Source: Lepidodermella squamata (Eukaryota; Animalia; Gastrotricha). From it: a stretch of DNA of 64,000 bases. The position numbers and the translations under genes were made by a program. Every line of letters starts with the position of its first letter. Within the stretch, counting starts at the first letter, position 1. Where the stretch lies: NCBI GenBank assembly GCA_047495785.1, contig JBLDXI010000033.1, positions 372,001 through 436,000 on the forward strand, in the 5' to 3' direction. The notes beneath the pieces were generated by a model. That model was not told the DNA's origin and made no database searches. It saw only the letters and a list, made by a program, of their open reading frames with translations. Positions 43,440 to 55,121 of the stretch are shown here, piece by piece.

Positions 43440-45503
43440 GATATAGGAAAAGTTCCGCTATGAAGAAACATGGAAAATTGTTTAAATTGTTTAAATACTT
43501 GGATTAATGCGGTCGATTTGGGCAAGAGTGTTGATATTTTGTACCTTGATCTTTCAAAGGCTTTTGATACTGTACCTATTAAATTACTTTTAGATAAACT
43601 TGAGGAGATCAATATTTGTGGAAAACTATCCTCTTGGCTTCGATCTTATCTTTCTGATCGGTATTTTCGTGTCAGAGTTCGTTCTAATTTTTCTACTTGG
43701 TGTCCCTTGCCATCTGGTGTCCCACAGGGATCAGTGCTGGGGCCTTTGTTATTTTTAATTTTTTTAATTTTTGTTGATGAATGCCTTTCTTATTCTCTGG
43801 CCAATGGCCAAGTACTTTGCCGACGACACGAAATTATTTAAAATTATTGAATCTCAAGATGACTGTGAGAAACTACAGGAAGATTTAAATAACATTTGTA
43901 GGTGGTTTGAACAACATGGTCTCTCTATTAACTCGTCTAAATGTTGTGTTTTACGTTTAAACTGTAAATTCGATTTTAACTATCGTATCGGTACGCAAGA
44001 GATTGACGTTGTTGATTTTACTCGTGATTTAGGTATAATTGTGGACAAAAAATTAGACTTCAAAATTCACTGCGACAAAATGTCTTAGACTATGTGGATT
44101 GATTTGTAGAGCCTTTACTAATACTTCCTTCAGACTTGAAGCCTACCGTGTGTATGTCCTTCCTATAATCGATTACTGTTCATCCGTATATTCGCCATAC
44201 TTGCTAACTGTCATATAATCACTAGAAAAATTACAATTTAATTTTCTCAAGAGAGCCTTTAATATACCTCTTTACTCCCATATTACGTATGAATATTTAT
44301 TGAAACGTAGTGGAATGGACTCCTTGGAAAAGCGTCGCTTTAAAAATGATTTGAAATCAACTTATAAGCTATATCACCACTTCTATGATGTCACTTTTGA
44401 CGAGTTCTATGAATTTTCTAAATCAAATTACGCTAGCAAACACCGGCTAAGACCTTCTAAGTGTACTGTAACGCAGTCCTTTTTGGGACAGGGTAATTTC
44501 GGACACTTTTGGCTTTGAGCGCGAGTTTCTCCAAAACCCCGGTAAATAGAAATACCGTTCAAAATGCAGGAGATAGCCCAGAGTCTTGTCTTTCAAATGA
44601 CACCTGAAATATGAGAAACGGATTTGTCTACGAAGAATGGTTTCACTTCTTCGCAGGTGAGCGCCGAGGTAAAAAATTGCTAACTTTTTCAAATGGCAGT
44701 ATTTCTTGCCGGATAGAAGCGCAAAAGAAAGAGCGCATCGACTTCAGTTAGGCTGGCATGTTTGGAACAAATTTATACGAGACATTTTGCCTGAAATTCC
44801 GCCAGAAAAACCGATATCCCCCGGCTTATTTCGGACAGCCCCTAACTGCAGAGAATTCAATCGACCTTGACCGTTTTTAAACTTTAATATTTTAGTGAGA
44901 ATAGCACTGAACTGCGTTGAGAGCACCAATTCGCTAACGGGGGTTCAAATCCCTCAACATGCAATTCATTTTTTTATTTTTAAATCTGCTCACAAATTTT
45001 ATCTCGCTTTAATGCGAACTTTGGCCCTAATCTAAATATTCACACTGAGCTGTCCGAAATTACCCCAGTTGTGTCCGAAATTAGCCGCGAGTCAGTTTTC
45101 CGTGAATACCTGTGCAGGTATAATTTGCAGAAGGTATATTTCTACCGTGATTAACACTACGCTATGCAGTTTTTCAAGGTGCATCTTTTGGCGCAAAGTA
45201 CGTAAAAAAATTCGTTCATCTCGCAAAATTAAGCCTGAAAAACAGCTTTTTGTCCGAAATAAGACAACGTTACAGTAAATTTGATTGCAAAAAATATTTT
45301 TTTAACAGAAGAACAATTAATTTTTGGAACAAACTACCTGCTGACGTCGTTTCTGCCTCTTTAAATGTTTTTAAACAATATCTTAATGTTGACTGTAACC
45401 TAGAGAAATATCTTTTATCCTCAGTGAGGCGCCTGGCTGGCTAATTGCATACGCATGAAAAGTGCACTTGCGACAACAAATAAATAAAATAAAATAAATA
45501 AAT
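43440..45503 (+). mobile_element. 5'-truncated, decayed CR1/L2/Jockey-group LINE (RT fragment), interrupted by a MITE
   Basis: YLDLSKAFDTVP, SGVPQGSVLGPLLF, YFADDTKLF, RDLGIIVDKKL, C-terminal YFFNRRTINFWNKLP; (TAAA)n-like tail at 45480-45503; frameshifts; 5' boundary approximate. Confidence 0.88.
44466..45275. mobile_element. Tc1/mariner/pogo-type non-autonomous element nested in the LINE
   Basis: Ends ctgtaacg...cgttacag with TA TSD; removing it restores the LINE frame RPSKC|KFDCKKYFF. Confidence 0.8.
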
Positions 45504-47725
45504 GGAACGATAGAATTGAGGGTATCATTTTGTGGCCACAATTTCAGCGTTATACTTAAGTTTGGTGTTAAAGTTAATAATTCAGAACCAGAACCCAGCA
45601 ATACTCTCGGCATCTTCAACCGGCCATATTATCGCAATATTTTCATTCGGCATCGGCCGCAGAAACAAATTGTCTTCGTTAAAAAATGTTTAGACTAAAA
45701 ATTTCGATGACAAAATTCAAATTTGAAAGCAATTACCCATTTTTGTTGTGGCGAAGCAGAGAATTCGTTGAGCCTACCAAAAATGTTGGTCAACCTTCTT
45801 ACTTTCAGCTTTCAGGCATTGATTTTCAACCTTTTTACAAGTTTTGGGCTCTTGGCTGATCACAGATATCCAACTAGAGTACAAAAACTTTATGGCATAA
45901 AAAAGACCCATCCTATATGGGGTATTTGCTGCATTTTCAACCACCTTTCAGTCGAAACCCGTGGGACGCGAACAAAGTGAGAGTTACGCTTTTTTCTAAT
46001 GATTTCCTTGAGAAATGCCGAAAAATGAACCAAGTTTCTCAGTTTTATGAAAATTACCAGGCGACCTATGGTGCGATCTTAGATCCCGGAGCTATCAGGG
46101 ATGGATTTTCTGCTGTTTTTGTCAAAATGACCAGTCATTTAAACTCATAAACGAGCGAAGGGAGAAAATTTCTCCACTAAAAAAGCTCTAAAACCTCTCA
46201 TTTTGTTGTCTGGCCGGCTGATCGGGGAGGATGATCTCCCCTGAAAGTTGCCCACTAAAGCCACCACGAAATGGGCCATTCTTTAGATTGAAGATCTAGA
46301 AGGAGAAATCAGGGTTCTGCGCACTGAAAAATAGCCGATCACGTTTGGTAATCTAAATTTTATGACTGCAACTTAATAAACTCCACTGGAAACTTGCAGG
46401 GTATTTGTGACAGAAATACGAGGCGAATGGAAAGATAAAAGGAGCCATTTCCGCGACGAAGTGCTGCAAGTTACCAAGAGAAATTGGTGTAACGGAAAGA
46501 ATAACTCGCACTTCCGTGTCCGCATCCTAAGAACGGACGAAGCTTTGGAGGAATTGAAGAGAAGTGTAATTATTATTTTGTTGGTCTCGATTTGAAGTTC
46601 ACCCTTCAGAACCGTTAAGGTTAATGGACTTTTTGAGAGCGGTCAAGCTTTTAGCTTATGAATTTCAATATTTTTCCCAAACAAAACCTATTTCATGAGC
46701 AGCTCGTTCGGTGGCTTCTATCCCAAGTTTCTAGCAGCTCAGATCTAACCAGGCTTCCGATTTTTCACCACTGGACCACGCTCAGCGGCAGACACAAAAA
46801 AGTATTCCTTATTGAAACCGTTGAGAAAAGGGGTAGGGGTATAGTTAATCGGCGTTCACTTTTAAGACCTTGAGAGGCCGGCCAGGTTAAGGGAATTTTT
46901 GAGGTATTCAAAAATTCGCAATTTTCGTGCTTTCGCAAAATCGAAGGTTTTTCTAGATTCGCTCGCAAATATCCATTTCCCTTTTGTTTTCTTTTCCCCT
47001 GAGCCAGTAGCTTCCATTCTCATTAGAGCCAATTTTGATGATCTGGAATCTGTTCGGAAGGAAGTTAGCAGGAGACCTAAAATTTAGATAATTTCTTCCT
47101 ATTTAGAAAAAAACAGAGCTTCGAGATGCTCATCTTTTGCATTTTCAGAGGCGAATCGCCGAAAAATCGGCTCGCTCCGCTCGCATTCTAACCCGTATTT
47201 TTTTGTTTTCCTGTTATTTTTAGAAACTAAAAGACCATACTCCTCTAGAACAGCATCGAAGTCTTCAGGCTTCAAGCTTTAGGAAATTTCATCAGTGATT
47301 TTTCAATCGCGTATTAACTAGTTTCGCGGATCTTGCGAACTTCGAACCAACGGACAGCAGCTTATAGTGAAAAAATCGGTGACCGCTGCGTACAGTTTTT
47401 CACAATTTCTTTCCAGTGGCAGACACTTTCGAGTCACGAATAAAAATCGGAGGACTGGATCTAACAAAAGCTAATGTTTTCCTGTCGCTCTTTGTCGCAC
47501 TAGTGAGCTTGAAATTTCACTGAAAGAATATGCTGTGCGAATCTACAACTGATCCTGGGGCCAGCCGGCCGCCGACGGCCGCTGGGAAGGAAAAATTGGG
47601 AATGCAATAGGTTGATAAATGACCGTTTTATTGTGTTCGAAAACTTATGTTTGCCTTGCAAAAAATCAATGTCATGTTCAGTCGCGTCCATCGTCTCCCG
47701 GCGACGATGAGTCATCGTTACTATT

Positions 47726-49742
47726 TCAGCTTCCTCTTGCGGATCGGGGCCGGCGCCCGCGAACAGAACTTGGATCATTTGCCTGTGCTGTCGTGTTGCT
47801 CAACGCTGCTGCGACTAGTTTTGGCATGTAGTCATTCCAAAACTAAAGGAAATAGTTAATTTGTATAAAAAGGCAACATCAGAACAAGTGAGCATCAACT
47901 CACCGTCTCACAATCATTTTTCTTGTAGTCACAGATAATGGCCTGTGAGTCAAGGCTAGTTTTGCTAACTACGCTGGCTATGTTGATGTCGAATACTTGC
48001 TTCGAGCAGCCAGAGCCGGAATATGGTGGCCAAGTTCTGAGACGACCTTGTCCGTCGCCGTTGGGATTTCTATTGAGAAACAAAAGCTTGCTATTGCTGT
48101 TTTTCAATGAGATCTTGGCTACTGGCTACTAACCCGAATTTAACAAAATTCGACCAATAAGTCATCATAGTTAAGCTCAGGAGCTTTTCATTGACAGAGT
48201 ACGAGTTGTTAGACATTGGTTGGCCGAACACAAATCTGAAAAAATAATCAAAGTATTATCTCTAAAATATTCGAAATGTTCAATTTACTGAAGTTCCTCG
48301 CCGTGTTTTGCGCCTAAATAACTAGGTCCGGTTGGGTTCTCCCGTACATGGCTAAACAAGTAGGCAAAAACTGAAGCCCCTGCGCTGGCCGAGCCTTTAG
48401 CCCATGTCAAAACGGGACATTTGAACGTGTAGTCACTATCAGCATCACTCACTGCTTGAAAAATGGCCAAGCCTTGACTTCCGGGTTGATATTGAGATTG
48501 AATAGCCGAGGCAACTTTTGATATTGCAGATGTGATATTGCTGCCATACAACAGCTGGTGGAAATCGATGAAGCGAGTTGAAATCAAAGTTTTGTAATGG
48601 TCATTTGTCAACTGGCTTGGCTGAAGGCCGAAAAGGGGAGGGTTATTACCATCAGAAATTCCTGCTATTTGGAAAGACGCTTCGTCCTTAGTCACCCCTA
48701 TCAAAATAGGAACTTTCGCAATGTCGCCCGATGCGAGCATTGACGATGGATCTCGAGGAATGAAGTCTCCGTCAACAACTGGGGCGAAATTATCTTCCCT
48801 GACGATTTGTCTACCAGCCGGCGAGGAATCTGTGGCAGGAAATGAGGAAGCGTTTGCTCGACTGAGGCATTGCATCCAAGTTTCCACGTTCGAAGTAGGC
48901 ATGCAAATTGTGCTAAGAACTATGTCAGAGGTTCGTCTGACGATGGAGGAATTTCGCCTGCCCCATACCATGGTCGCTGCGCCTGACTCGATGATCGCAC
49001 GCTGGAAGTAGGGACGGCTGTAGGGTGACAACAAATGAGCTGTAACAGAAGATCCCCCAGCACTTTGGCCACCGATCGTTACTGCTGTGTTATCCCCTCC
49101 GAAAGCACCGATATTAGCATTTATCCATTTCAGGGCCTCGAGTTGGTCCCATAGCCCCATATTACCGGGGGCATAGTTATTACCCTGATAGGCAAACCCT
49201 AACGAGCCGAGTCGGTATTGAATTGTCACGACTATGATGTTGTTCAGTCCTGATAGAAACTGCCCATTAAATGTTTTATCGCTGATTGAGCCCATAGTAA
49301 AGCCTCCGCCATGGATGAATACGTAAACACTCAATTTTCGAACATTCTGACCAACGCTATCGACCGCCGCCTTAGGTGTCCAGATGTTGAGGTAAAGACA
49401 GTCTTCGGACATTTTTGGTGTGACAGCAGGACCACTGGGAAAACGCATGGTATTCTGCATGCATTGAGGTGTATCGTTAGTTGCATCGAGAATTGTTGTC
49501 CATGGTTGGACGGATTGAGTTTTCTTCAGTCTCAGATCTCCTATTGGAGGTTTCGCAAATGGAATGCCAGTGAACTGGTAGACGTCGATTTGACTCGGGT
49601 CAGATGTCACAGTGACCATTTTTCCCCTCACCGGTCCCGAATTTGTATTAACAATAGGATAGTTTTGCTGAGCTGATGCAGCTTGTAGTATGACTAACAT
49701 GTAAACCAGAGTGACGACCATGGTTAAACTTTGTTTCCGCAT
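47726..49742 (-). CDS. Secreted type-B carboxylesterase / cholinesterase-like enzyme (4 exons: 49742-48289, 48235-48134, 48069-47904, 47842-47726)
   Basis: Signal peptide; GIPFAKPP, SEDCLYLNIW, HGGGF, GQSAG (Ser), KDE (Glu), HGEEL (His). Introns of 53, 64 and 61 bp give HGEELQFVFG..YWSNFVKFGNPN..WPPY..C..FWNDYMPKL. Confidence 0.9.
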
Positions 49743-50447
49743 CAAGTAGATAATATTATGGCACCGAGGGCAGCGGCCTAGGGGCTATTTAAGCCCCAGT
49801 TTCTACTTCTAGGAGGTCACATGGGGCCCTGAAACGCCTACGAGGTTCGTGGTTTAAAAAACCTCTGAAGATCACGATGTTTATGAAAACAGCCTTATTA
49901 TGCTAACATACAAAAAGTGCTTTAATTGCCACACATGTTAGGCCACAACTCTCGATCTTTTCTCAGTCATCTTGTTCATGACTTTTTCACGACGCATAGC
50001 AGTGAACCTATTAAAAACCTTTTGGTGAAAAACACAGAACATTACCTATTAGCCTTACATTCTGCCGGGCCAGGTCATTTCTTTTTACCTCAGCCACGTA
50101 TTCTATCAGACAAAAAATCTGCAATGTTATATAACACGAGGGGATCATATAAACAAGAGAGAAAGGTCATGCAAAGAAATCCCTACAAGCATTCCTTTCG
50201 CATTTTTTCATCAAGGAGGAATTTCTATAATACTTAACTGTTTTTTTAAGCTTGAGGTCATCAGTCTTCTGGAATTCATCATTAACGAGCATGCCACAAG
50301 ATTCGTCGTTTTTAAAATAATGCAAGGCAAAAAATCGCATGCCTATATCAGCTCAGGGGCATGAGACGGGCTCAGGGGAGATATTGGGGATTGAAGATGC
50401 TATTTAACGTAAGCTACAAGATTTCTATGTGTTACATCTCGATAAAC

Positions 50448-50584
50448 CAGGGCGCGAAGTATAGGGGGAATGATTCCCTCCCCTCTCCAGTTCAGCAGGC
50501 CAAAGAAACCACAGGGGGGCCCTTTGGTCGTAAAATTTGAGCCCGAAAATACCCCCTAGTTAGAGGATCCTACTTTGCGCACTG
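50448..50584. mobile_element. hAT-type MITE
   Basis: TIR cagggcgcgaagta / tactttgcgcactg with perfect 8-bp TSD cgataaac. Confidence 0.8.
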
Positions 50585-50755
50585 CGATAAACGGTAAGCC
50601 TTATGACTGCGCTTCGTAGAAACAAAAATGCGGGATGTGCACGTGGAAGAAGTCCTTCGTATGGCTTCTCAGTATAACTCCTCGATATATTCAGGCTCAA
50701 AGTAGGCATATAGTAATTGAACCACCGTGAAGCCACCATTTAGGATTAAGGATTA

Positions 50756-50930
50756 CAGTGAAACCTGTTTTCTCGAAGGGCTACGGTTCCGAAAAATGCA
50801 TTCGACATAGAGAGAGTTTCGACAGAGAGAGAAAATATTTAGCTTATGTGAACTATAGACGGTTCTACGAAAAGTGTTCGACATGACAGATTTTCGACCT
50901 TCACCGAGTTCGAGATAACAGGTTTTACTG
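50756..50930. mobile_element. Tc1/mariner-type MITE
   Basis: TIR cagtgaaacctgttttctcgaa / ttcgagataacaggttttactg with TA TSD; absent from the homologous flank near 55100. Confidence 0.8.
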
Positions 50931-50979
50931 TAAAATGAATTACGCTCCCGTAAATTTTCGAATTTACTCAATTTATAAT

Positions 50980-52104
50980 TTAGATTTTAGATAACAACAT
51001 CAATGCAAAAAAAGCAAGAGAGATACCATAGGCCAATAACATAATAACAAAAGCAACAATATCCATGGCACGACCATTTCTAAGTTTAAAAAGCGAATTT
51101 TCGATCAGAACTGTGGCATACCAGTCTGGATACGAGTTCGCTAGCCCGCAAGTGATCAGGCAATAAAGTGTCATAACACATGTGAGAAATTCGCAACATT
51201 TCATGCATGCAGTCATAAATACAAAGCCAGGCTTTTGTGGCAGGTATTTAAGAGAGTCGGCTTCCATGAAAACCAGAGCTAGGAGAACTGTTACGGCTAG
51301 AACTGGCCGGTCGGAGAGACGTGCTTCCAAGAGCAGTACGATGAATGTCAAAAATGTGAGAACAAGAAATGGTAGGATAAGATTCCAGATGTAAAACTCT
51401 GGTTTCCTTCGAAATGTGAAGATATACTTGTAAGTCGTTCTGTTGCTGATGGAAGCGGATATGTCCATGATGAGCCAATTGTCACGATTCTTTCGAAACA
51501 TGTTATAAGCACCCGCCGATACATGTTTCAGCACGTAATGCATTCGCTGAGAGGCTGTTTTAAGTTTGATGGCGCAAATCTGAGTATCAAAAGGGAACAA
51601 CGCCACATCAAGATCGCAAGTCGAAGTGAGTCTTCTAATAAAATTCCAGATGAAATGAACACTGGAAGATTTGATTACCACTACCAGTTTTGATGTAGCC
51701 TTGTCAAGCAAGTGAGTGTCGAATGGGTTGATATGGACGAATTTCGGTCGCCAAAACATAGTATCAGGAACCGGGAAAGATACGTATTGCCACGGATCAA
51801 GCTTCGCAGCGATAGCAGGATTACACGAGCCATTCCATCTCACGGTGAAATGCAATGTCGCGGAGAAACTCTGCTGCTGATCGTTAATAGCTTCGATCAA
51901 TCCGGCGTATCCTTTCAGCTCCACTTTTGCTAATTTACAATTACTATTTGCAGCACTAGCAGCACAACGAGGACCAGGGCTCTCTGGACTAAGGTCGGGA
52001 CAGTTCAGCAGAAGGTTTCGTGCCCGCCGTAGAGATGTGGTGTTCACATCAGAGAATGAAGATTTAAACAACAAGTATAATATAAGAATATTTGATAAAT
52101 TCAT
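50980..52104 (-). CDS. Divergent intronless Cys-loop pLGIC subunit, type A
   Basis: Cys-loop CDLDVALFPFDTQIC; M2 SDRPVLAVTVLLALVFME. Confidence 0.92.
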   Translation of the reverse strand: MNLSNILILYLLFKSSFSDVNTTSLRRARNLLLNCPDLSPESPGPRCAASAANSNCKLAKVELKGYAGLIEAINDQQQSFSATLHFTVRWNGSCNPAIAAKLDPWQYVSFPVPDTMFWRPKFVHINPFDTHLLDKATSKLVVVIKSSSVHFIWNFIRRLTSTCDLDVALFPFDTQICAIKLKTASQRMHYVLKHVSAGAYNMFRKNRDNWLIMDISASISNRTTYKYIFTFRRKPEFYIWNLILPFLVLTFLTFIVLLLEARLSDRPVLAVTVLLALVFMEADSLKYLPQKPGFVFMTACMKCCEFLTCVMTLYCLITCGLANSYPDWYATVLIENSLFKLRNGRAMDIVAFVIMLLAYGISLAFFALMLLSKI

Positions 52105-52289
52105 AACTATAATATAAGAGTGTTTATGCTCGATGTTATGTTAAATAGAAGATAATAAAATATCGAAAATTCTCATCTATATAACCTTGGCTTGTTTACC
52201 TCAACGCGTCAAACTTCCGGCATGCGCAATATAAATCAAATACATGTCACATGGTTCACACAAACAGCTGAAAATTGTAAAAAATATTC

Positions 52290-53420
52290 TCACAACGTAT
52301 AGAATAGGAAAACATTAACAAGGCTGAAAGCAAAGAGCGATGTCGAACAAGCAATGGCATCACACAACCTATTGCGTGAAGCCTTCCATCTACCAATAAC
52401 AATCACATTCCTGTTAAACCATTTTGGAAATTTTTTCGCAAGATGGCAGGTGAAAAATGCATAAAGAGTAATGAATAAAGTGAGAAGTTCACATGAACGA
52501 GTGTAATCCGTTAGCAACATCTTACCAGGCTTAGCTGGTGTTCTGTTACTTATCTCGATTCGCAAAACTGTCATAGCTAACAGGATCGTTATCGCAAAAC
52601 CAGGTCTCAATGGTTTCGAAGCGTGGATAGCGATGGAAAGAAACTGTAGGAAAGTCAAAGCAGCGCAAGGTATCATTAGAAACCAAATGTAGAATTCTGA
52701 GCGGCGTTTGAAATTCATAATGAATACAGGGCTAGGATTGCCGAAAAGCTTCTGCAGCGTCGAACTCAGTTTATCTAATTCCCAGTTGGTCCAATACTCC
52801 ATAGGCTGTGAATTGTAGGTTTTAACATCAATTGTGACTGCATCCTCTGCATAGTTTGCCAATCGCAGGTAAATCTTGCACCTTTGATAGTCAAACGGAA
52901 AATGGCTTAGATCGATGTCACAGGATGAAACGAAAATGCCACTTATCTCCGATCGAAAAATGACATGCTGATTGGAGATTCTAGCGCTGAAAATTGACTG
53001 AAAGTTAGCCATTACCGGATCGTCGACTGCGTTATCGTGGATGAATTCTGGTTGCCAGAAAAGGCTTGCATTGGGATAGAAATACGTCCCGCTCAAATTG
53101 CCAAGTCGATCACAAGCAGCGGCCCATTCGATTATGAAGCTTGCTTGTACTCTGAACGTCTCGGTGACGTCATCGATTCCGTATGATCTCGATATTATTA
53201 GGGCTGTTCTAATTGGTGTTGTCAAGCAAGATTGATCTACGTCGTCTAATTCTATGCTTATTTTACAGTTTGGGTTAGTAGCCTCGACCGAAAATTGGTT
53301 GCACCTCGCAATAAGGTCCAAACTTCGAGCGCTTGATAAATCGTAGTTCGGCTTGGCGCAAATGATCCTGAACGCAAAAGTTGCTAAAAGGAAAAATTCG
53401 TGGGTGCGTCTAACGGGCAT
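52290..53420 (-). CDS. Divergent intronless Cys-loop pLGIC subunit, type B
   Basis: First ATG at 53420 (MPVRR, matches paralog MPVRH); Cys-loop CDIDLSHFPFDYQRC; M2 KPLRPGFAITILLAMTVLR. Confidence 0.92.
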   Translation of the reverse strand: MPVRRTHEFFLLATFAFRIICAKPNYDLSSARSLDLIARCNQFSVEATNPNCKISIELDDVDQSCLTTPIRTALIISRSYGIDDVTETFRVQASFIIEWAAACDRLGNLSGTYFYPNASLFWQPEFIHDNAVDDPVMANFQSIFSARISNQHVIFRSEISGIFVSSCDIDLSHFPFDYQRCKIYLRLANYAEDAVTIDVKTYNSQPMEYWTNWELDKLSSTLQKLFGNPSPVFIMNFKRRSEFYIWFLMIPCAALTFLQFLSIAIHASKPLRPGFAITILLAMTVLRIEISNRTPAKPGKMLLTDYTRSCELLTLFITLYAFFTCHLAKKFPKWFNRNVIVIGRWKASRNRLCDAIACSTSLFAFSLVNVFLFYTL

Positions 53421-53520
53421 CCCTGACTTGATAATTATTTCCAATGTCAGAATATGAATGAACAGTGCATATTTGAAGCATATTTGAAGTCATAAGCCGT
53501 AGCTTTGCCGTGAAAGTCGA

Positions 53521-53542
53521 GACCGGATATTGCGAGCAAACA
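53521..53542 (-). promoter_or_regulatory. Conserved upstream motif of type B genes (CGGAWATTGCRARCAARCA)
   Basis: Same motif at 33974, 43280, 53524 and 57658, about 100 bp upstream of each type B start; degenerate version near 60705. Confidence 0.45.
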
Positions 53543-53627
53543 TAATTCCTCGATACAAACGATGCAACTGTGTTCGCATGATTTATCTTTTGTTTTTCCA
53601 AGCCAGTATTTTTATTCTCGCATAATT

Positions 53628-53914
53628 TCAGGCGGTACTCGCAGCTGTCGGGTAACGCCACAGAATGGCAATGCCGTTAACTTGAATCTTGAATGAAAAT
53701 GACAACAATAAGAATATCGAAAGATCTCCCTGTAGAAAGAGTGCAATTTTGAGTTTCAATAAGGGGAGATGTGAACCATTCCCGATAAGAGTTTGCTAAG
53801 CCGCATGTTACGCAGCAGTAGATGACAAAGAATCCGATGAAAAAGTCACAGGTTTTCATGAAAAATTGTAGAAAAACAAATCCGGTTTTTTTGGGGAGAT
53901 AATTCGATGCTTCT
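53628..53914 (-). pseudogene. 3' fragment of a type C pLGIC, truncated by transposon debris
   Basis: MKTCDFFIGFFVIYCCVTCGLANSYREWF matches M3-M4 of 57760..58866; a 7-bp duplication (cttgaat) shifts the frame; homology stops at about 53914. Confidence 0.88.
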
Positions 53915-54264
53915 GTTACGACCCAAGTCCGAAAACGACCACATCGCGGTCTGGTCGACCAGACCCCGACTGGGCATTACTCCACGCCGCGCTCTGGTTA
54001 ACCAGGATGCGAAGGGCCTGCGAAGGGCCTGCTCTTATCAAACACCTTTGTCGAGCTTCGGCTCATAGGTTTTACTCCAGGTACGCGGTGGGCTCCAAAT
54101 CGAGAACAATGGACGCGCGCGCGCATTGTCCCACCGTGCTCTGGCTCACACTTGTTGCGCGCGAGCCAACGCCCGAACACGTTTGATTTCAACTTTTACT
54201 AGTCATTTTATTTTTCATGTAGGTGGAAGCAAAGTAGAAATAGTATGTTTTTTATTTAAAATTT

Positions 54265-54690
54265 TTATTCAGCCCTTTCGGATGGTGTCAAAAGGTAAGG
54301 CTTAGAATGTTTGAACGGTTCAGGCTCTGTTGCCCATGGGAAGACGGTTTTAAGTAGCTGGTTCCACTTTTGCATTATTGCTGCCTTACGCAAGAACGGG
54401 TCGATGTCGCGGACCGAGCTCGGCGTGTTGACTCTGATTTGATAGCTATGTTCACGTTTAGGGTTTCGCAGTCTGCCTGATCTCCGTGCAACCCTAACAA
54501 ACCTCGTTCTGATTTGCTGGGTACCACGTCGAGCTACAATGATTTTATACAGGTAGCACATCACGCCGACGAATCGGCGTTTCGCAAGAGGCTGAAGTGT
54601 CACTCCTGTTGCTCTGACAAATCGGTCTTGAACTTGGTCGAGTAGATCGAGTAGCGTTGGGTTGGCTGCGAACGTGTAGGCCACTAGGCC
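54265..54690 (-). mobile_element. Non-LTR retrotransposon ORF2 C-terminal fragment
   Basis: LDLLDQVQDRFVR..LQPLAKRRFVGVMCYLYKI..WNQL resembles the post-RT region of LINE ORF2. Confidence 0.55.
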
Positions 54691-54709
54691 GAATTCTAGA
54701 ATCGGAAGC

Positions 54710-55088
54710 TACTATTTTTTCCGAAACTCCGGAAACGGTCCAAAAAAGAGGCAATTATTCGAGGGGGGCTATTATTTATTGGCAATTGGCAAATTTCATC
54801 ATCGCAATAAGTCGTTTCCGTGGTTGACTTATCTGTTGTCTGACCCACGCTGCTAATCTCTCCTCGACATCCGCAAACAGCGGCTTACGTCCACCACCTC
54901 TAATCCGCTTAGCAGTTGTAGGCGACGAAATTAGGACAGCTTTGCCCCTCCTCCAGCGCGCCACCTGCTTCGGACAAGGCAAGACGTGGCTATTATTCGA
55001 GGCGGGCTATTATTTAGTTTTAAATGCCGAAAACAGTCAAAAATTTCAGGCTATTATTTGAGGGAGGCTATTAATCGATGAAAAACGG
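54710..55088 (-). mobile_element. pogo/Tigger-like transposon fragment
   Basis: CENP-B-type HTH piece GGGRKPLFADVEERLAAWVRQQ; terminal (ta)ccgtttttcatcgattaatagcc; subterminal repeats gctattattYgagg. Confidence 0.65.
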
Positions 55089-55121
55089 TACTTGAACCAC
55101 TGTGAAACCAATTTACTCAAT

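Noticed and set aside
47726-49742. Acetylcholinesterase (ace), or a truncated esterase pseudogene ending at HGEELQ
   Set aside because: It lacks the choline-binding Trp and FGESAG. The apparent truncation is an intron, and three further exons complete the fold.
53914-54200. Solo LTR starting with TGTTACG
   Set aside because: No matching CA terminus, TSD or second copy could be found; left as unclassified insertion debris.
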